64,000 bases of DNA from Candidatus Pelagisphaera sp. (lineage in GTDB: Bacteria; Verrucomicrobiota; Verrucomicrobiia; Opitutales; Opitutaceae). The notes under the pieces were generated by a model that worked only from the letters and a program-made list of their open reading frames with translations, was not told the origin of the DNA and searched no databases. The position numbers and the translations under genes are program-made. Positions 1 to 10,489 of this stretch are shown one piece after another (positions within the stretch are counted from its first letter, which is position 1; each line of letters starts with the position of its first letter). The stretch spans positions 2,056 through 66,055 of the forward strand of contig JBNMOQ010000002.1 of the NCBI GenBank assembly GCA_051275055.1, written 5' to 3'.

Positions 1-1
1 C

Positions 2-2185
2 GCCGCATTAGAAAGCGATTCCCAAGGAGCTTGCCTCGCATGGCTTGACCTCTCCACCGGCGAATTTCAAATCGCCAAAGGAAAGGACGTCGACGACCTC
101 ATGCCGGTTCTCACGTCTATAGATCCTGCGGAAATGCTCATCATCGAAGGCGAAGAAAACCGTTGGCGAGCTCAAGCTCACGATGGCAGCGTCCACGACG
201 AATTGGTCCATTTTCTCGCCACTCGATCCGTCACCGAAATGCCGGGCTTTCAGTTCGACGTCGATTCCGGAGCTCAAAGTGTCATGGAAACTCTTGGAGT
301 CATCAATCTCGAAGGATTTGGTATCGACAAGAAACACGCCGGGCTCGGCTGCGCTGGAGCCCTCCTCTACTACGTTACGGAAAACCTAAGAGCGAAACCG
401 GAAAATCTGTCTACAATTCGCGAATACAGTTGTGACAATGCTTTGCTCATTGACCCTGCGACGCTCCGTAATTTGGAGATCTTCAAATCGATGCGTGGCA
501 CTCGCGATGGTAGCTTACTTCAAGCTATCAACAAAACGAACACCGCCGCCGGAGCTCGTCAGCTCGAACAATGGCTCATCGCCCCAGAACGCGATCTCAC
601 CGAACTCAAACGTCGCCAAGACAGCATTGGCGAATTCGTAGGCGCCCCACTCGCGGTCAGCGAAACCCAAGATCTCTTAAAATCGGTCCGAGATATCAAA
701 CGCATTCTCGGGCGCATGCAAAATCGGCTGCGCAATCCTCGTGAACTTGGCGGAATCCGCGATTCACTCAACCAGCTTCCCGAAGTTCTAAATACGCTCA
801 AACCGTTTTCCGGAACTGCAATTGATGCTGTTGTCAACCAACTCCACGCCCTTCCCCATCTCGCGGAGTTGCTCAACAAAGCTCTCAAAGATGAGCTGCC
901 CAACAATTTAAACGATGGCGGCTACATGGCCCAGGGCTATGACGAATCGCTCGATGAGATGCTTTCGCTTACTACCGGGAACAAACTCTGGCTAGCCAAT
1001 CTCGAAACCGAAGAGCGTGCTCGAACGGGCATCAAAAATCTCAAAATTAAATACAACGGCGCCTTCGGCTATTTCATCGAAATATCAAAATCCAATCTCG
1101 GGAATGTACCCGAGGATTATGTCCGCAAGCAAACAATGGTGAACGGCGAGCGATTCGTCACCGATAGCTTAAAGCAAAAGGAAAAGGAAATCTTCCACGC
1201 TGAAGAAAACAGCAAGCGGCGCGAACAAGAACTCTTCGCCGGGCTCGTCACGGCCATTCTCGAGGAATCGCCAGCCCTCACTCAAACCGCTTCGGCTCTA
1301 GCGGAATTGGATGTTTTTTGCGGTTGGGCGGAGTTGGCTCGGCTTTGGAATTACTGCAAACCCCAACTAGACGATTCGGACGCAATCGAAATTCAGCAAG
1401 GGCGGCATCCAGTCGTCGAACAGGTGCTCAAGGAGGACTCGGCCGGTCTCGCGAGTAGCCACGCCTTCGTCCCTAACGATGTCGGCCTGAGTGCATCCGA
1501 AAGCCAAATACATTTACTCACCGGACCCAACATGGCGGGTAAGAGTACCTTCATTCGCCAAATAGCGCTCATCACTCTACTCGCCCAAGTCGGCTGCTGG
1601 ACTCCTGCAAGCTCCGCCAGAATCGGATTAGTCGATCGCATTTTCTCGCGCGTCGGAGCCAGCGACGATCTAGCCAGAGGTAATTCTACCTTCATGGTCG
1701 AGATGAACGAGACCGCCAACATCCTCAACAACGCGACCGAACACAGTCTCATCATTCTCGACGAGATTGGCCGCGGCACCAGCACCTACGATGGATTGAG
1801 CATCGCCTGGTCTGTCATCGAACATCTCCACCAAGACGATACAGCCGGCCCCAAAACATTGTTCGCCACTCACTATCAAGAACTCACTCAACTCGACAAA
1901 CACCTGAACCGTTTGGAGAATTTCTCGGTAGCCGTCAAAGAATGGAACGACGACATCGTGTTCGTTCGCCAAGTCGTACGCGGAGCTGCAGATAGGAGTT
2001 ATGGTATCCAAGTCGCCCGCCTAGCTGGTCTCCCTGCCACAGTTATCAAACGGGCCAAAGAGATTCTGCAAAAGCTAGAGTCAGATGACGCAACTGTCAC
2101 GGTAAGCTCGCCTGGCCCCAAAGCGAAACCGCGCAAGAAAATCCAAGTCGAAACCAACGACGATCAGCTCAATCTCTTCTCCTGA
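2..2185 (+). CDS. mutS: DNA mismatch repair protein MutS (5' truncated by window edge)
   Basis: Frame open from base 2 (AWLDLSTGEF connector motif); ATPase motifs GRHPVVE, TGPNMAGKSTF, STFMVEM, DEIGRGTS, FATHY, SYGIQVA; C-terminal QLNLF clamp-binding-like motif. Confidence 0.97.
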   Translation, partial: AALESDSQGACLAWLDLSTGEFQIAKGKDVDDLMPVLTSIDPAEMLIIEGEENRWRAQAHDGSVHDELVHFLATRSVTEMPGFQFDVDSGAQSVMETLGVINLEGFGIDKKHAGLGCAGALLYYVTENLRAKPENLSTIREYSCDNALLIDPATLRNLEIFKSMRGTRDGSLLQAINKTNTAAGARQLEQWLIAPERDLTELKRRQDSIGEFVGAPLAVSETQDLLKSVRDIKRILGRMQNRLRNPRELGGIRDSLNQLPEVLNTLKPFSGTAIDAVVNQLHALPHLAELLNKALKDELPNNLNDGGYMAQGYDESLDEMLSLTTGNKLWLANLETEERARTGIKNLKIKYNGAFGYFIEISKSNLGNVPEDYVRKQTMVNGERFVTDSLKQKEKEIFHAEENSKRREQELFAGLVTAILEESPALTQTASALAELDVFCGWAELARLWNYCKPQLDDSDAIEIQQGRHPVVEQVLKEDSAGLASSHAFVPNDVGLSASESQIHLLTGPNMAGKSTFIRQIALITLLAQVGCWTPASSARIGLVDRIFSRVGASDDLARGNSTFMVEMNETANILNNATEHSLIILDEIGRGTSTYDGLSIAWSVIEHLHQDDTAGPKTLFATHYQELTQLDKHLNRLENFSVAVKEWNDDIVFVRQVVRGAADRSYGIQVARLAGLPATVIKRAKEILQKLESDDATVTVSSPGPKAKPRKKIQVETNDDQLNLFS

Positions 2186-2205
2186 GTAATTTCCTCAAGC
2201 CGGAC

Positions 2206-2227
2206 TTTGTAAATAAAAAGTTACAAA
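2206..2227. promoter_or_regulatory. Palindromic candidate operator TTTGTAA-N8-TTACAAA
   Basis: Perfect 7-bp inverted repeat in AT-rich intergenic DNA upstream of an orphan ORF. Confidence 0.35.
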
Positions 2228-2368
2228 CTTTTAATTAACAGGTAGTTACGAAAAAACAGACTCTACTACCTAAGGCCTCATCCGAGGTTTCCTTCATAGC
2301 TCCCTGATACCTTTAGAGCTTTCAACCTAAAGATGCATAGCCTAGATTACGGTTGAATCTAATAGCTA

Positions 2369-2679
2369 TGAACACACATCAAGCACTCCAACAAATTCAA
2401 ATCCAACGGGAACGAGAAATGCAAAATCCGCATTCTCAGACAACTCGAAAATGGGCGAGCCCAGTAGCGGACAAATCAACCAAACGCCGTCAGCTCACCC
2501 TAAACGCCAAGACTCCTTGTAAAGGTCTACGCGGCAGAGGCCCTCTGACAATTGGTACGATCGATCATAAAGGCGGATACGAATCCATCGTGAAACGCTC
2601 GATTTCCATTCAAGTCGATCAAATGGAAAAAATGCTCGAATCGCGTATTGAAGAATTCAAGCAGGAGCTTTCTAGCTAA
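2369..2679 (+). CDS. Hypothetical protein (about 103 aa)
   Basis: ORF (track start TTG 2353; ATG at 2369) fills the mutS-glgB gap and is followed by a strong terminator; no motif recognised. Confidence 0.6.
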
Positions 2680-2700
2680 TCAAACGCCGACCCACTTACG

Positions 2701-2728
2701 GGAGCCCTTTTTCGGGCTCCTTTTTTTA
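2701..2728 (+). terminator. Intrinsic terminator
   Basis: GGAGCCC-ttttttc-GGGCTCC followed by T7. Confidence 0.85.
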
Positions 2729-2739
2729 TGCCCAAAACC

Positions 2740-4956
2740 TTACCCCCGTTCTTCCCACTTGAAGATCATCGTCGAGCACGGTGGCAACACGAATTCTGCC
2801 GAGTGTTCGCAATCGTCGAAAGGTATAGCTTCGGAAGCAACCCCTGAACCATTTCCAGCATCGTCGCCTCCATAGAAGCTGGAATTCGTATTCAAAATCT
2901 CACGCCAATATCCAGCACAAGGCACGCCGATCCGATAATTGCGACGTTCGACAGGCGTAAAATGCGCAACAATCATCACTCGATTGTGTCCATCCGAAGC
3001 CGTCCGGGAATAGCTAATAGCGCCCGCTTCGGAATCCCAGTTAGCGATCCAACGGAAACTCTCCTCATCGAAATCCGTTTCCGCCAAGGCCGGCTCGCTA
3101 CGATACAAACGGTTGAGATCCTTGATCAGCATGGAAATGCCCGAATGATCTTTATATTCATTCAAGTGCCACTGAAGCTGCCCCGCATACGCCCATTCTT
3201 CCGACTGACCAAATTCACATCCCATGAAAAGAAGCTTCTTCCCTGGATAAGCCCACATATGCCCATAAAGCGCCCGCAATGTTTGGGCCTTTTCCGGGAT
3301 CGATCCCGCAGCCATTTTCATAAGCATGGACTGTTTTCCATGCGTCACTTCATCATGCGAAAAGACCGTCACGAAATTCTCCGCGTATTGGTAGAGCATA
3401 CCGAAGGTAAGGTCGCCTTGGTGATGCTTACGATGAATCGGATCTTTTTCGAAATAGCTCAGGTTGTCGTGCATCCAACCCATGTTCCATTTCAAATCGA
3501 ACCCAAGACCTCCTTCTTCAGGAGATTTCGTAACTCCGGGAAACGAGGTCGATTCTTCCGCGATCATTAGCGTTCCCGGATAATATTCATGAACACGATT
3601 ATTAACCTCCTTCAAGAACTCAATCGCCTCCAAATTCTCATTACCGCCGTATTTATTTGGAATCCATTCTCCTTCTTCTCGGGAGTAATCCAAGTACAGC
3701 ATAGATGCTACCGCATCAACCCGCAGGCCATCGATGTGAAAGTAATCCAACCAAGCTAGCGCATTCGCGACGAGAAAACATTTAACTTCATGCCGCCCAA
3801 AATTAAAAATCAACGTTCCCCAATCTTGATGCGCTCCAAGTCTCGGATCTTCGTGCTCGTATAAGTGAGTCCCGTCGAATGTTGCTAGCGCAAAAGCATC
3901 TCGCGGAAAATGTGCCGGTACCCAATCGACAATCACGCCAATTCCATTGCGGTGCAAATGATCGACGAATGCCTTAAAATCATCCGGCGACCCAAATCGC
4001 TGAGTCGGAGCAAAGTAACCAGTTACTTGATACCCCCAGGAACCATCGAACGGGTGCTCCGCAACTGGCATCAATTCGATATGCGTAAAACCGTGCTCCA
4101 GCACGTATTCCGTCAATTCTACCGCCAACTCCGCATAGGTTAACGGTCGATTGTCCTCTTGCCAGCGACGCTTCCAGGACCCTAGGTGCACCTCGTAAAC
4201 CGACATCGGTTTATCGATAGCCTGGAGCTCTGCACGTTTATCCATCCACGTTCTATCGCTCCATACATATCCAGAATGATCGTAAACAATGGACGCATTA
4301 TTTGGCGGCGCTTCAAAGTAGCTAGCATACGGATCGGTCTTTAAGAATATCGCGTCATTCTCACCCTTGAGCTCGAACTTGTACATTTCTCCCACCTGCA
4401 TGCCTGGAATGAAAAGTTCCCAAACCCCGCTTGCTCCGAGCGAACGCATCGGGTTGTAGCGTCCATCCCATTCATTAAAACTGCCAACGACCGAAACGCG
4501 CTGAGCATTGGGAGCCCACACGGCGAAACTCACTCCCGGGATTCCATCTACGGTTCTCGGTCGAGAACCTAGTTTTTCGTAAATCCGATGCTCGTTTCCC
4601 TCGTTAAACAAATACAAATCCGTCTCGCTAATCGTAGGCAGGAATGAATAGGAATCGTAAAACTGACGAATTTCCAAGTTCTCCGTCTCCGTCCGCAAAC
4701 GATATTTGAATACATCTTTGCGCCCCTCGATGAACCCTTCAAAAAAACCGTCATCAGTCAGCTTTTTCATTGGATATCGCGGAGAATTCTCCTGTTCAAT
4801 ATCAACAATTTCGCAACTAACCGCATTGCTCAGAAACGCTCGAACCACTACTCCGGATTTACCCTTTTTCTTCACCGAGTGCATTCCCAGTACGCCATGA
4901 GGCTGACTCACCTTCGAATTTGTAAAACGTTCCAGTTCTTTTTTTGTGATTAGCAT
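2740..4956 (-). CDS. glgB: 1,4-alpha-glucan branching enzyme GlgB (GH13)
   Basis: FAVWAPNA, YEVHLGSW, WGYQ, DWVPAHF, GLRVDAVASM, AEEST, SHDEV motifs. Confidence 0.97.
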   Translation of the reverse strand: MLITKKELERFTNSKVSQPHGVLGMHSVKKKGKSGVVVRAFLSNAVSCEIVDIEQENSPRYPMKKLTDDGFFEGFIEGRKDVFKYRLRTETENLEIRQFYDSYSFLPTISETDLYLFNEGNEHRIYEKLGSRPRTVDGIPGVSFAVWAPNAQRVSVVGSFNEWDGRYNPMRSLGASGVWELFIPGMQVGEMYKFELKGENDAIFLKTDPYASYFEAPPNNASIVYDHSGYVWSDRTWMDKRAELQAIDKPMSVYEVHLGSWKRRWQEDNRPLTYAELAVELTEYVLEHGFTHIELMPVAEHPFDGSWGYQVTGYFAPTQRFGSPDDFKAFVDHLHRNGIGVIVDWVPAHFPRDAFALATFDGTHLYEHEDPRLGAHQDWGTLIFNFGRHEVKCFLVANALAWLDYFHIDGLRVDAVASMLYLDYSREEGEWIPNKYGGNENLEAIEFLKEVNNRVHEYYPGTLMIAEESTSFPGVTKSPEEGGLGFDLKWNMGWMHDNLSYFEKDPIHRKHHQGDLTFGMLYQYAENFVTVFSHDEVTHGKQSMLMKMAAGSIPEKAQTLRALYGHMWAYPGKKLLFMGCEFGQSEEWAYAGQLQWHLNEYKDHSGISMLIKDLNRLYRSEPALAETDFDEESFRWIANWDSEAGAISYSRTASDGHNRVMIVAHFTPVERRNYRIGVPCAGYWREILNTNSSFYGGDDAGNGSGVASEAIPFDDCEHSAEFVLPPCSTMIFKWEERG

Positions 4957-5175
4957 AGGGACATTAAATCTAGAAATTTGCCCAAGCCCAACAGTTCACG
5001 CCGATCAATGCAACCTCTTGCTCTACTTATAGTCTCACTCTCGAAACGCTCCTTTTTACCATAACCTTAGCCGCAACTTCCTCAGCTCCTTCGCTCACCG
5101 CAATTCAATCTCATTCAACCAGCTAATGAACAGCCTTGCCTCGCCCATAAGCGCCCTCTAGAGCTTGCCGAAACT

Positions 5176-7374
5176 ATGGCTAGAATCTCTCTCCAGACAA
5201 TTGGCAGCGCACTCGCTGCAAGCCTCTTTCTTTGCGGACTCCTTCCCAACGCCTTTTCGCAACAAAGTAGCGTCGACGCCTCGCTCAGCACTCCCGCTTC
5301 ATTCGATATGAAAACCGGCGAGCTAGTCGCTACCGTCAATGCCCAGCTAACTTATGGCAACTGGTTACTCACGGCTGACGAGATTCGACTAAATCAGAAA
5401 ATCGGCCGCGCGATAGCGAAGGGTAATGTCGTTTTTACACGCGGCGACATCCGACTCGTAGCCGATTCGCTCGACTATCAGATTGAAGAAAACACCGCAC
5501 TCATCGAAAATTTCCGCGTCGGCAACGGCAAATACTACGTTTCAGGCAGCTCCCTGAAAGGCAATCCAGACGACTTCCGTTTCCGGGACATCAACTTCCA
5601 TCCAGGCGAACCCGGCACCTACCTCTTCAAAGCCAAGGCCAACGAAATCGCGATCGTTAACCAAAACGAAATCAAAGGCAAACGCCTCTCCTTCAAGTTA
5701 GGAGTGATCCCCTTTTTCATCATTCCCAATATATCCCAGCCTATCGACGGCGAGCGTAATCTCTTCAAGGCCGACCTCGATTACTCCGGCAATATCGGAG
5801 CAGGAATCGGCAATGAAATCCGCGTCCCCATCAACTCCAATTTTAGAGCAGGTGCCAACATCACTCTCGCGACAAAACGCGGCGTCATGGCTGGGCCCGC
5901 ATTCGAATACGATTTCAGTGAGGGCGAAAATACGAGCTCCGGCGGCTTCACTTCGGGTTTCATCGATGACAATGCCAAAGAAATCCAACCGGACCTGATC
6001 ACCGGAAACCCCATCGACGACGAACGATTTTTCGCAGAATGGCAGCACCAACAACATTGGGGCGACCGAGGAGCAATCAATGCCTATGGTCGCTGGTGGT
6101 CCGATATAAACGTCACTCGCGAATTCCACGAAGATTCATTCGATACGATGCAGGATCCAGATACCTTCATCGAAGCGAATTACAGCGGCGACAATTGGCA
6201 AGCCACTCTATTTTCTCGCATCAGTCCAAACAGTTTCCAAACCTTTACTGAACGCCTCCCCGAGCTTCGCTTCGATCTCTTTCCGACTCAAATTGCGCCA
6301 GGCCTGCTTCATCAAGGCAGCGTTTCTTTCGCGAAGCTCCGGACAAACTTTTCCGATCCAATCACCGCAAACAACGAAACCGAACGAGCCGACGCCTACT
6401 ACGGAGTCCGTCACACTAAACCCTTGGCTAACGGAGTCACTCTCACCACCAAAGCAGGCATTAAAGCGGTTCACTACTTCGATAACATCATCGAAACCGA
6501 CGCAGGCGATCAACCCTGGATCAATTCATTCCCCCTCGCTCCGCTTTCCATCATCGACGACTTCTACCACACACGTCCACGTCCTTCTATCAAAGAAGGA
6601 ACGCGAGCCTATGGCGACCTGGGGTTTGATCTAAAATTCACCGCGTACCGCCAATCCGAATACCAAAATAAAACCTGGAACATCGATGGTCTTCGCCACA
6701 TTTTCGAACCGACCATCTCCTATCGCTACACACCCGACCTCGACAGCAATTCGACTCACGCCCTCCAAGACATCCCTGCATTCGCCAACTATCTAACGCC
6801 GATCGACATCGAAGACCGCCGCGATATCGACACAATTGGAGAGCACCACATCACTCGACTAGCGCTTCGCAATCGTATTCAAACCAAAGACGAAAAATAC
6901 GGTTCGCGAGATCTCATTCGCTTTGATTTTGCGATGGACCACCTCATCGACGACTACGATCAAGGAACCGACTTTTCAGACATCTATTCCGACATCGAAA
7001 TCAAACCAGCCAACTGGTTGGAAATCGACGTCTTCTCTCGCTACAACCTGGAAAACAGCGAAACTAGAGAACTGAATACAAGCCTAGCCATCACCGATCC
7101 TGGATACTGGAAATTCGGTATTGGAAACCACTTTCTCAAACGCCACCTCGAACAGTATTTTCTATTCGGCGAGTATAACCTCAACGAAAATTTCAAAGTC
7201 TACGCGGTCGCGAAATTCGACGAAGTCTCCGACACGTTCTACGAACAGCGCATCGGTTTGATGCAACGCGCCCTGGAAAGATACGGCATCAAATACGAAC
7301 TGCGTATTTTCGAAGGCAACCGCCTCGAAAGCGATTTCGGCCTTCGTATCGGCGTCGATTTGTTCGACGAGTAG
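5176..7374 (+). CDS. lptD: LPS-assembly outer membrane protein LptD-like
   Basis: Signal peptide, N-terminal OstA-like region (ADEI, A.GNV.F, ADSLDY), long amphipathic beta-barrel region, 732 aa. Confidence 0.8.
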   Translation: MARISLQTIGSALAASLFLCGLLPNAFSQQSSVDASLSTPASFDMKTGELVATVNAQLTYGNWLLTADEIRLNQKIGRAIAKGNVVFTRGDIRLVADSLDYQIEENTALIENFRVGNGKYYVSGSSLKGNPDDFRFRDINFHPGEPGTYLFKAKANEIAIVNQNEIKGKRLSFKLGVIPFFIIPNISQPIDGERNLFKADLDYSGNIGAGIGNEIRVPINSNFRAGANITLATKRGVMAGPAFEYDFSEGENTSSGGFTSGFIDDNAKEIQPDLITGNPIDDERFFAEWQHQQHWGDRGAINAYGRWWSDINVTREFHEDSFDTMQDPDTFIEANYSGDNWQATLFSRISPNSFQTFTERLPELRFDLFPTQIAPGLLHQGSVSFAKLRTNFSDPITANNETERADAYYGVRHTKPLANGVTLTTKAGIKAVHYFDNIIETDAGDQPWINSFPLAPLSIIDDFYHTRPRPSIKEGTRAYGDLGFDLKFTAYRQSEYQNKTWNIDGLRHIFEPTISYRYTPDLDSNSTHALQDIPAFANYLTPIDIEDRRDIDTIGEHHITRLALRNRIQTKDEKYGSRDLIRFDFAMDHLIDDYDQGTDFSDIYSDIEIKPANWLEIDVFSRYNLENSETRELNTSLAITDPGYWKFGIGNHFLKRHLEQYFLFGEYNLNENFKVYAVAKFDEVSDTFYEQRIGLMQRALERYGIKYELRIFEGNRLESDFGLRIGVDLFDE

Positions 7375-7388
7375 CCATCGGTCAAACC

Positions 7389-8639
7389 ATGAGCGGCATC
7401 TTAAACAAGGAAATCAAGATTCACCGCCTCATGAATCAACGGCGAGTCGCGTACTCGCTGCTGCGGCGCTTGCAAACCTTGCTAGAGCCTGGGACCAATT
7501 TTATCCGCGAGCTCAATCACCTTTTCAAAAGCCAAGGCAAGTTCGGTTCCCGCGACCGGCGCCTCTATCGCGAGCTCATCTACACTTACCTACGTTACCA
7601 ACCTTGGCTGGAGTCGATACGCTCCGACGAGACTGCATTTCTCGACGCCCTCATAACTCTCGCCAGCCCAACTCCAGAAGCCTCCGCACTTTACCCAACT
7701 CTCAGCTCCCCGCCAAGCGACCTCCAAGCTGCGCAAAACCGTCACCACCTCATCGGCAAAAGCGACAGCGACCTCCTAGACCTTCTCCCTTCCTGGTTTC
7801 AATCCCACCTCACCGAAACACTCGATTTCAAAAACGCCAAAACGCTTTTCTCCCGCCCTCCCCTCTGGCTAAGAATCCAACGAGGCGACCCCGATTTGAT
7901 AATCGACCAACTCCGCCAAGCCTCCCCTACTCAAACAACCGTTCCTCAAGCAATATGGGGCGTGCCCGATGCTCTACAGTGCCCACCTGACTTGCCTCTA
8001 GCGAAAGTCCCCGCTTACGAAAACGGCGAGATCGAAGTCCAAGACATCAGTTCCCAACTGCTCCTCCAACTCGTTCACCCGCAACCTGAAGGCTCCTGGC
8101 TCGACGCCTGCGCCGGAGCCGGCGGCAAAACCCTTCAGCTAGCAAAAATGCTCGGTTCAAACGGCCGCGTCACTGCCTACGATCCACGAAGCAAAGCCCT
8201 CGACGAACTCGAAAAACGCAGCCATCGCGCCGGACTGAAGAACATTTCTCTCCGGCGAACTAAACCCGACAGTGGCAGCTACACCGGCGTCCTCGTCGAC
8301 GCCCCCTGCTCCGGCTCAGGCACCTGGCGACGTCACCCATTTCTCATGCGACAAACCCGCGAGAAAGACATTTTTCAGCGCAGCGAAGCCCAATCCCATA
8401 TTCTCCACTTTTATTCAGAGCGCGTCGCACCCGGCGGCACCCTCGTTTACTGCACCTGCTCGCTCAGTCGCTACGAAAACGAAATCGTCGCCGAAAAGTT
8501 CCTCGAAACGCACCCGACCTTCGAACCCGCACCCCTCGCCAAAAACTTCGACCTAGAAGAAAAGCATCGCGGCATCACTATCCTCCCCGCCCACCTCAAC
8601 GGCGACGGCCTCTATATCGCGACCTTTCGACGGAACTAA
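7389..8639 (+). CDS. RsmB/NOP2-family RNA m5C methyltransferase
   Basis: EVQDISSQ, LDACAGAGGKT, DAPCSGSG and YCTCS motifs. Confidence 0.92.
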   Translation: MSGILNKEIKIHRLMNQRRVAYSLLRRLQTLLEPGTNFIRELNHLFKSQGKFGSRDRRLYRELIYTYLRYQPWLESIRSDETAFLDALITLASPTPEASALYPTLSSPPSDLQAAQNRHHLIGKSDSDLLDLLPSWFQSHLTETLDFKNAKTLFSRPPLWLRIQRGDPDLIIDQLRQASPTQTTVPQAIWGVPDALQCPPDLPLAKVPAYENGEIEVQDISSQLLLQLVHPQPEGSWLDACAGAGGKTLQLAKMLGSNGRVTAYDPRSKALDELEKRSHRAGLKNISLRRTKPDSGSYTGVLVDAPCSGSGTWRRHPFLMRQTREKDIFQRSEAQSHILHFYSERVAPGGTLVYCTCSLSRYENEIVAEKFLETHPTFEPAPLAKNFDLEEKHRGITILPAHLNGDGLYIATFRRN

Positions 8640-8717
8640 TCTCGTTCGACCTCCAACTTATTCACAATCCGGTTTTTGTCGTTGCCTGTTCCCGAGGATC
8701 GCAAGTGAACTCTTTTC

Positions 8718-9521
8718 GTGGTCGCAGAAATTGATCCCAGAATAAAACTATCCGTCTTCGAAGGTCCCCTCGACCTCCTGCTTTTCCTCATACGCAAGCA
8801 CGAGATCGACATCTACGATATTCCAATCGAACTCGTGCTCGACCAATACCTCGAGGTCATCAACAGCATGCAGGAAGTAAAGCTGGAGATCGCAGGCGAT
8901 TTCTTCGTCATGGCAGCTTCGTTGATGGAAATCAAAAGCCGCCTCCTCCTGCCAAAGCAGCAACGGAGTCACTCGGATGACGAGACTGACGACGACGATC
9001 TCGATCCACGCTGGGAGCTCGTTCACCAACTTCTCGAGTACAAGAAATTCAAAGAGGCCGCCGACGCTCTCGACGAACTCTCCGACCACGCCGCACTCAG
9101 CCTGACCCGCGATTACCATTCCGTTAACAAAGCTGAAGGCCCCATTCGCCCGCTCAAACCCGAAGACAAACTCACCGTTTGGAATTCCTTCAACATCGTC
9201 CTCCGCCGACTCTCCGAAAAGCTCGTTCTCGGCGAAATTCAAGACGATGCGACCACAGTGGTCGACCAAATGGAAATGCTCATCGCGAAAATTCAGACCG
9301 AACCGCAATTCGATTTCTCCGAACTTTTCCCCGGCAAATGCAGCCTCAAGCTACTCGTAATCACGTTTATAGCCATTCTCGAACTCACTCGCCTCAAACG
9401 ACTTATGATCCGGCAAAATGAAGCCTTCTCAGATTTCGTCGTTACACGAGTCGACGAAGATCCGTCAGAAGAAGATCCGGAATCGCCTGATGAAAAGGAG
9501 CTTGAACCCAGCTTCATTTAA
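8718..9521 (+). CDS. scpA: Segregation/condensation protein ScpA (kleisin)
   Basis: FEGPLDLLLFLI, IDIYDIPI, ELVHQLLEYKKFK, TFIAILEL. Confidence 0.93.
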   Translation: MVAEIDPRIKLSVFEGPLDLLLFLIRKHEIDIYDIPIELVLDQYLEVINSMQEVKLEIAGDFFVMAASLMEIKSRLLLPKQQRSHSDDETDDDDLDPRWELVHQLLEYKKFKEAADALDELSDHAALSLTRDYHSVNKAEGPIRPLKPEDKLTVWNSFNIVLRRLSEKLVLGEIQDDATTVVDQMEMLIAKIQTEPQFDFSELFPGKCSLKLLVITFIAILELTRLKRLMIRQNEAFSDFVVTRVDEDPSEEDPESPDEKELEPSFI

Positions 9522-9536
9522 ATCAGTTTCAGAGCC

Positions 9537-9779
9537 GTGCAAGAACCAGAGTCAAAGCGAGCTCATCTCCTAGGAATCGGATTAGACAACGAAGACGGAC
9601 ACAAACGAATCACCCGGGCAGAACAATTCTCTATTGTGGGCGGTTCAGAGGAAACCCACGGTCGAATGACCGAAACCGTGGTCAAAACTTTCGAAGACAT
9701 TAAACGCGAAGGAAAATCCCTCGCCACAGTCGAGCCTAAGCAACTCTCCGACTTGCTAGACAAGAACCGGCCTGCTTAA
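9537..9779 (+). CDS. Small hypothetical protein
   Basis: Co-oriented 80-aa ORF, GTG start, 15 bp after scpA; sequence GIGLDNEDGHKRIT...GGSEETH. Confidence 0.75.
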   Translation: MQEPESKRAHLLGIGLDNEDGHKRITRAEQFSIVGGSEETHGRMTETVVKTFEDIKREGKSLATVEPKQLSDLLDKNRPA

Positions 9780-9807
9780 GACCATTGGTCCAACCCTGTA
9801 CGAACTC

Positions 9808-10083
9808 ATGTCCACTACGCCTTCACCGTTCGATTCCGATTCGGAGCGCTCTCCATTAAAACTGGATCGCCCAGCAGAAGGCAACGAACTGGTAATCGAA
9901 ACAGGCGACTCCGAAGACGAAGAAGAAATTATCCTTGCAAGCAATGCGGACGGCGGTTCGTTGACATTACTCGAAGAATATTCCATCAAAGAAAAAAACA
10001 ATGGCAAATGGGCCACGATCATAACATTCGGATGCGCCGCAACTTCGCTCGTATTCGCATACATGATCTTTTCAACGCTATAA
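9808..10083 (+). CDS. Small hypothetical protein, acidic N-terminus and C-terminal TM helix
   Basis: Operon-like spacing to trxA; hydrophobic [21 protein letters not shown]. Confidence 0.7.
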   Translation: MSTTPSPFDSDSERSPLKLDRPAEGNELVIETGDSEDEEEIILASNADGGSLTLLEEYSIKEKNNGKWATIITFGCAATSLVFAYMIFSTL

Positions 10084-10087
10084 TATC

Positions 10088-10411
10088 ATGGCAGACATCA
10101 TCACACTAAACGAACAAACCTTCAAAGATACGATCAGCGGATCAGACGTACCCGTACTCGTCGACTTCTGGGCTCCCTGGTGCGGACCCTGTAAAGCGAT
10201 TGCTCCGATCCTCGAAGAGCTCTCAACCGAGCTCGACGGCAAGGTGCAAATATCGAAGGTCAATGTCGACGAAAACGGCTCAATCGCCGCCGAGTACAAC
10301 ATTCGCGCAATTCCAACGCTCCTCCTTTTCAAAGGCGGACAACTAGCTGATCAATACGTTGGCATGGTTGGAAAAGACGATCTCAAAGCGAAGCTCGAAG
10401 CCCACGCGTAA
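10088..10411 (+). CDS. trxA: Thioredoxin
   Basis: [11 protein letters not shown] active site, IPTL. Confidence 0.98.
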   Translation: MADIITLNEQTFKDTISGSDVPVLVDFWAPWCGPCKAIAPILEELSTELDGKVQISKVNVDENGSIAAEYNIRAIPTLLLFKGGQLADQYVGMVGKDDLKAKLEAHA

Positions 10412-10437
10412 GACCAGTCTCGAACAAAAAACTTTCC

Positions 10438-10468
10438 AAGCCTTCCGCATTCGCGGAAGGCTTTTTTT
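10438..10468 (+). terminator. Intrinsic terminator between convergent trxA and menA
   Basis: AAGCCTTCCGC-attc-GCGGAAGGCTT followed by a T run. Confidence 0.9.
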
Positions 10469-10489
10469 GCGTCTAATAGGCAGCGGCCA

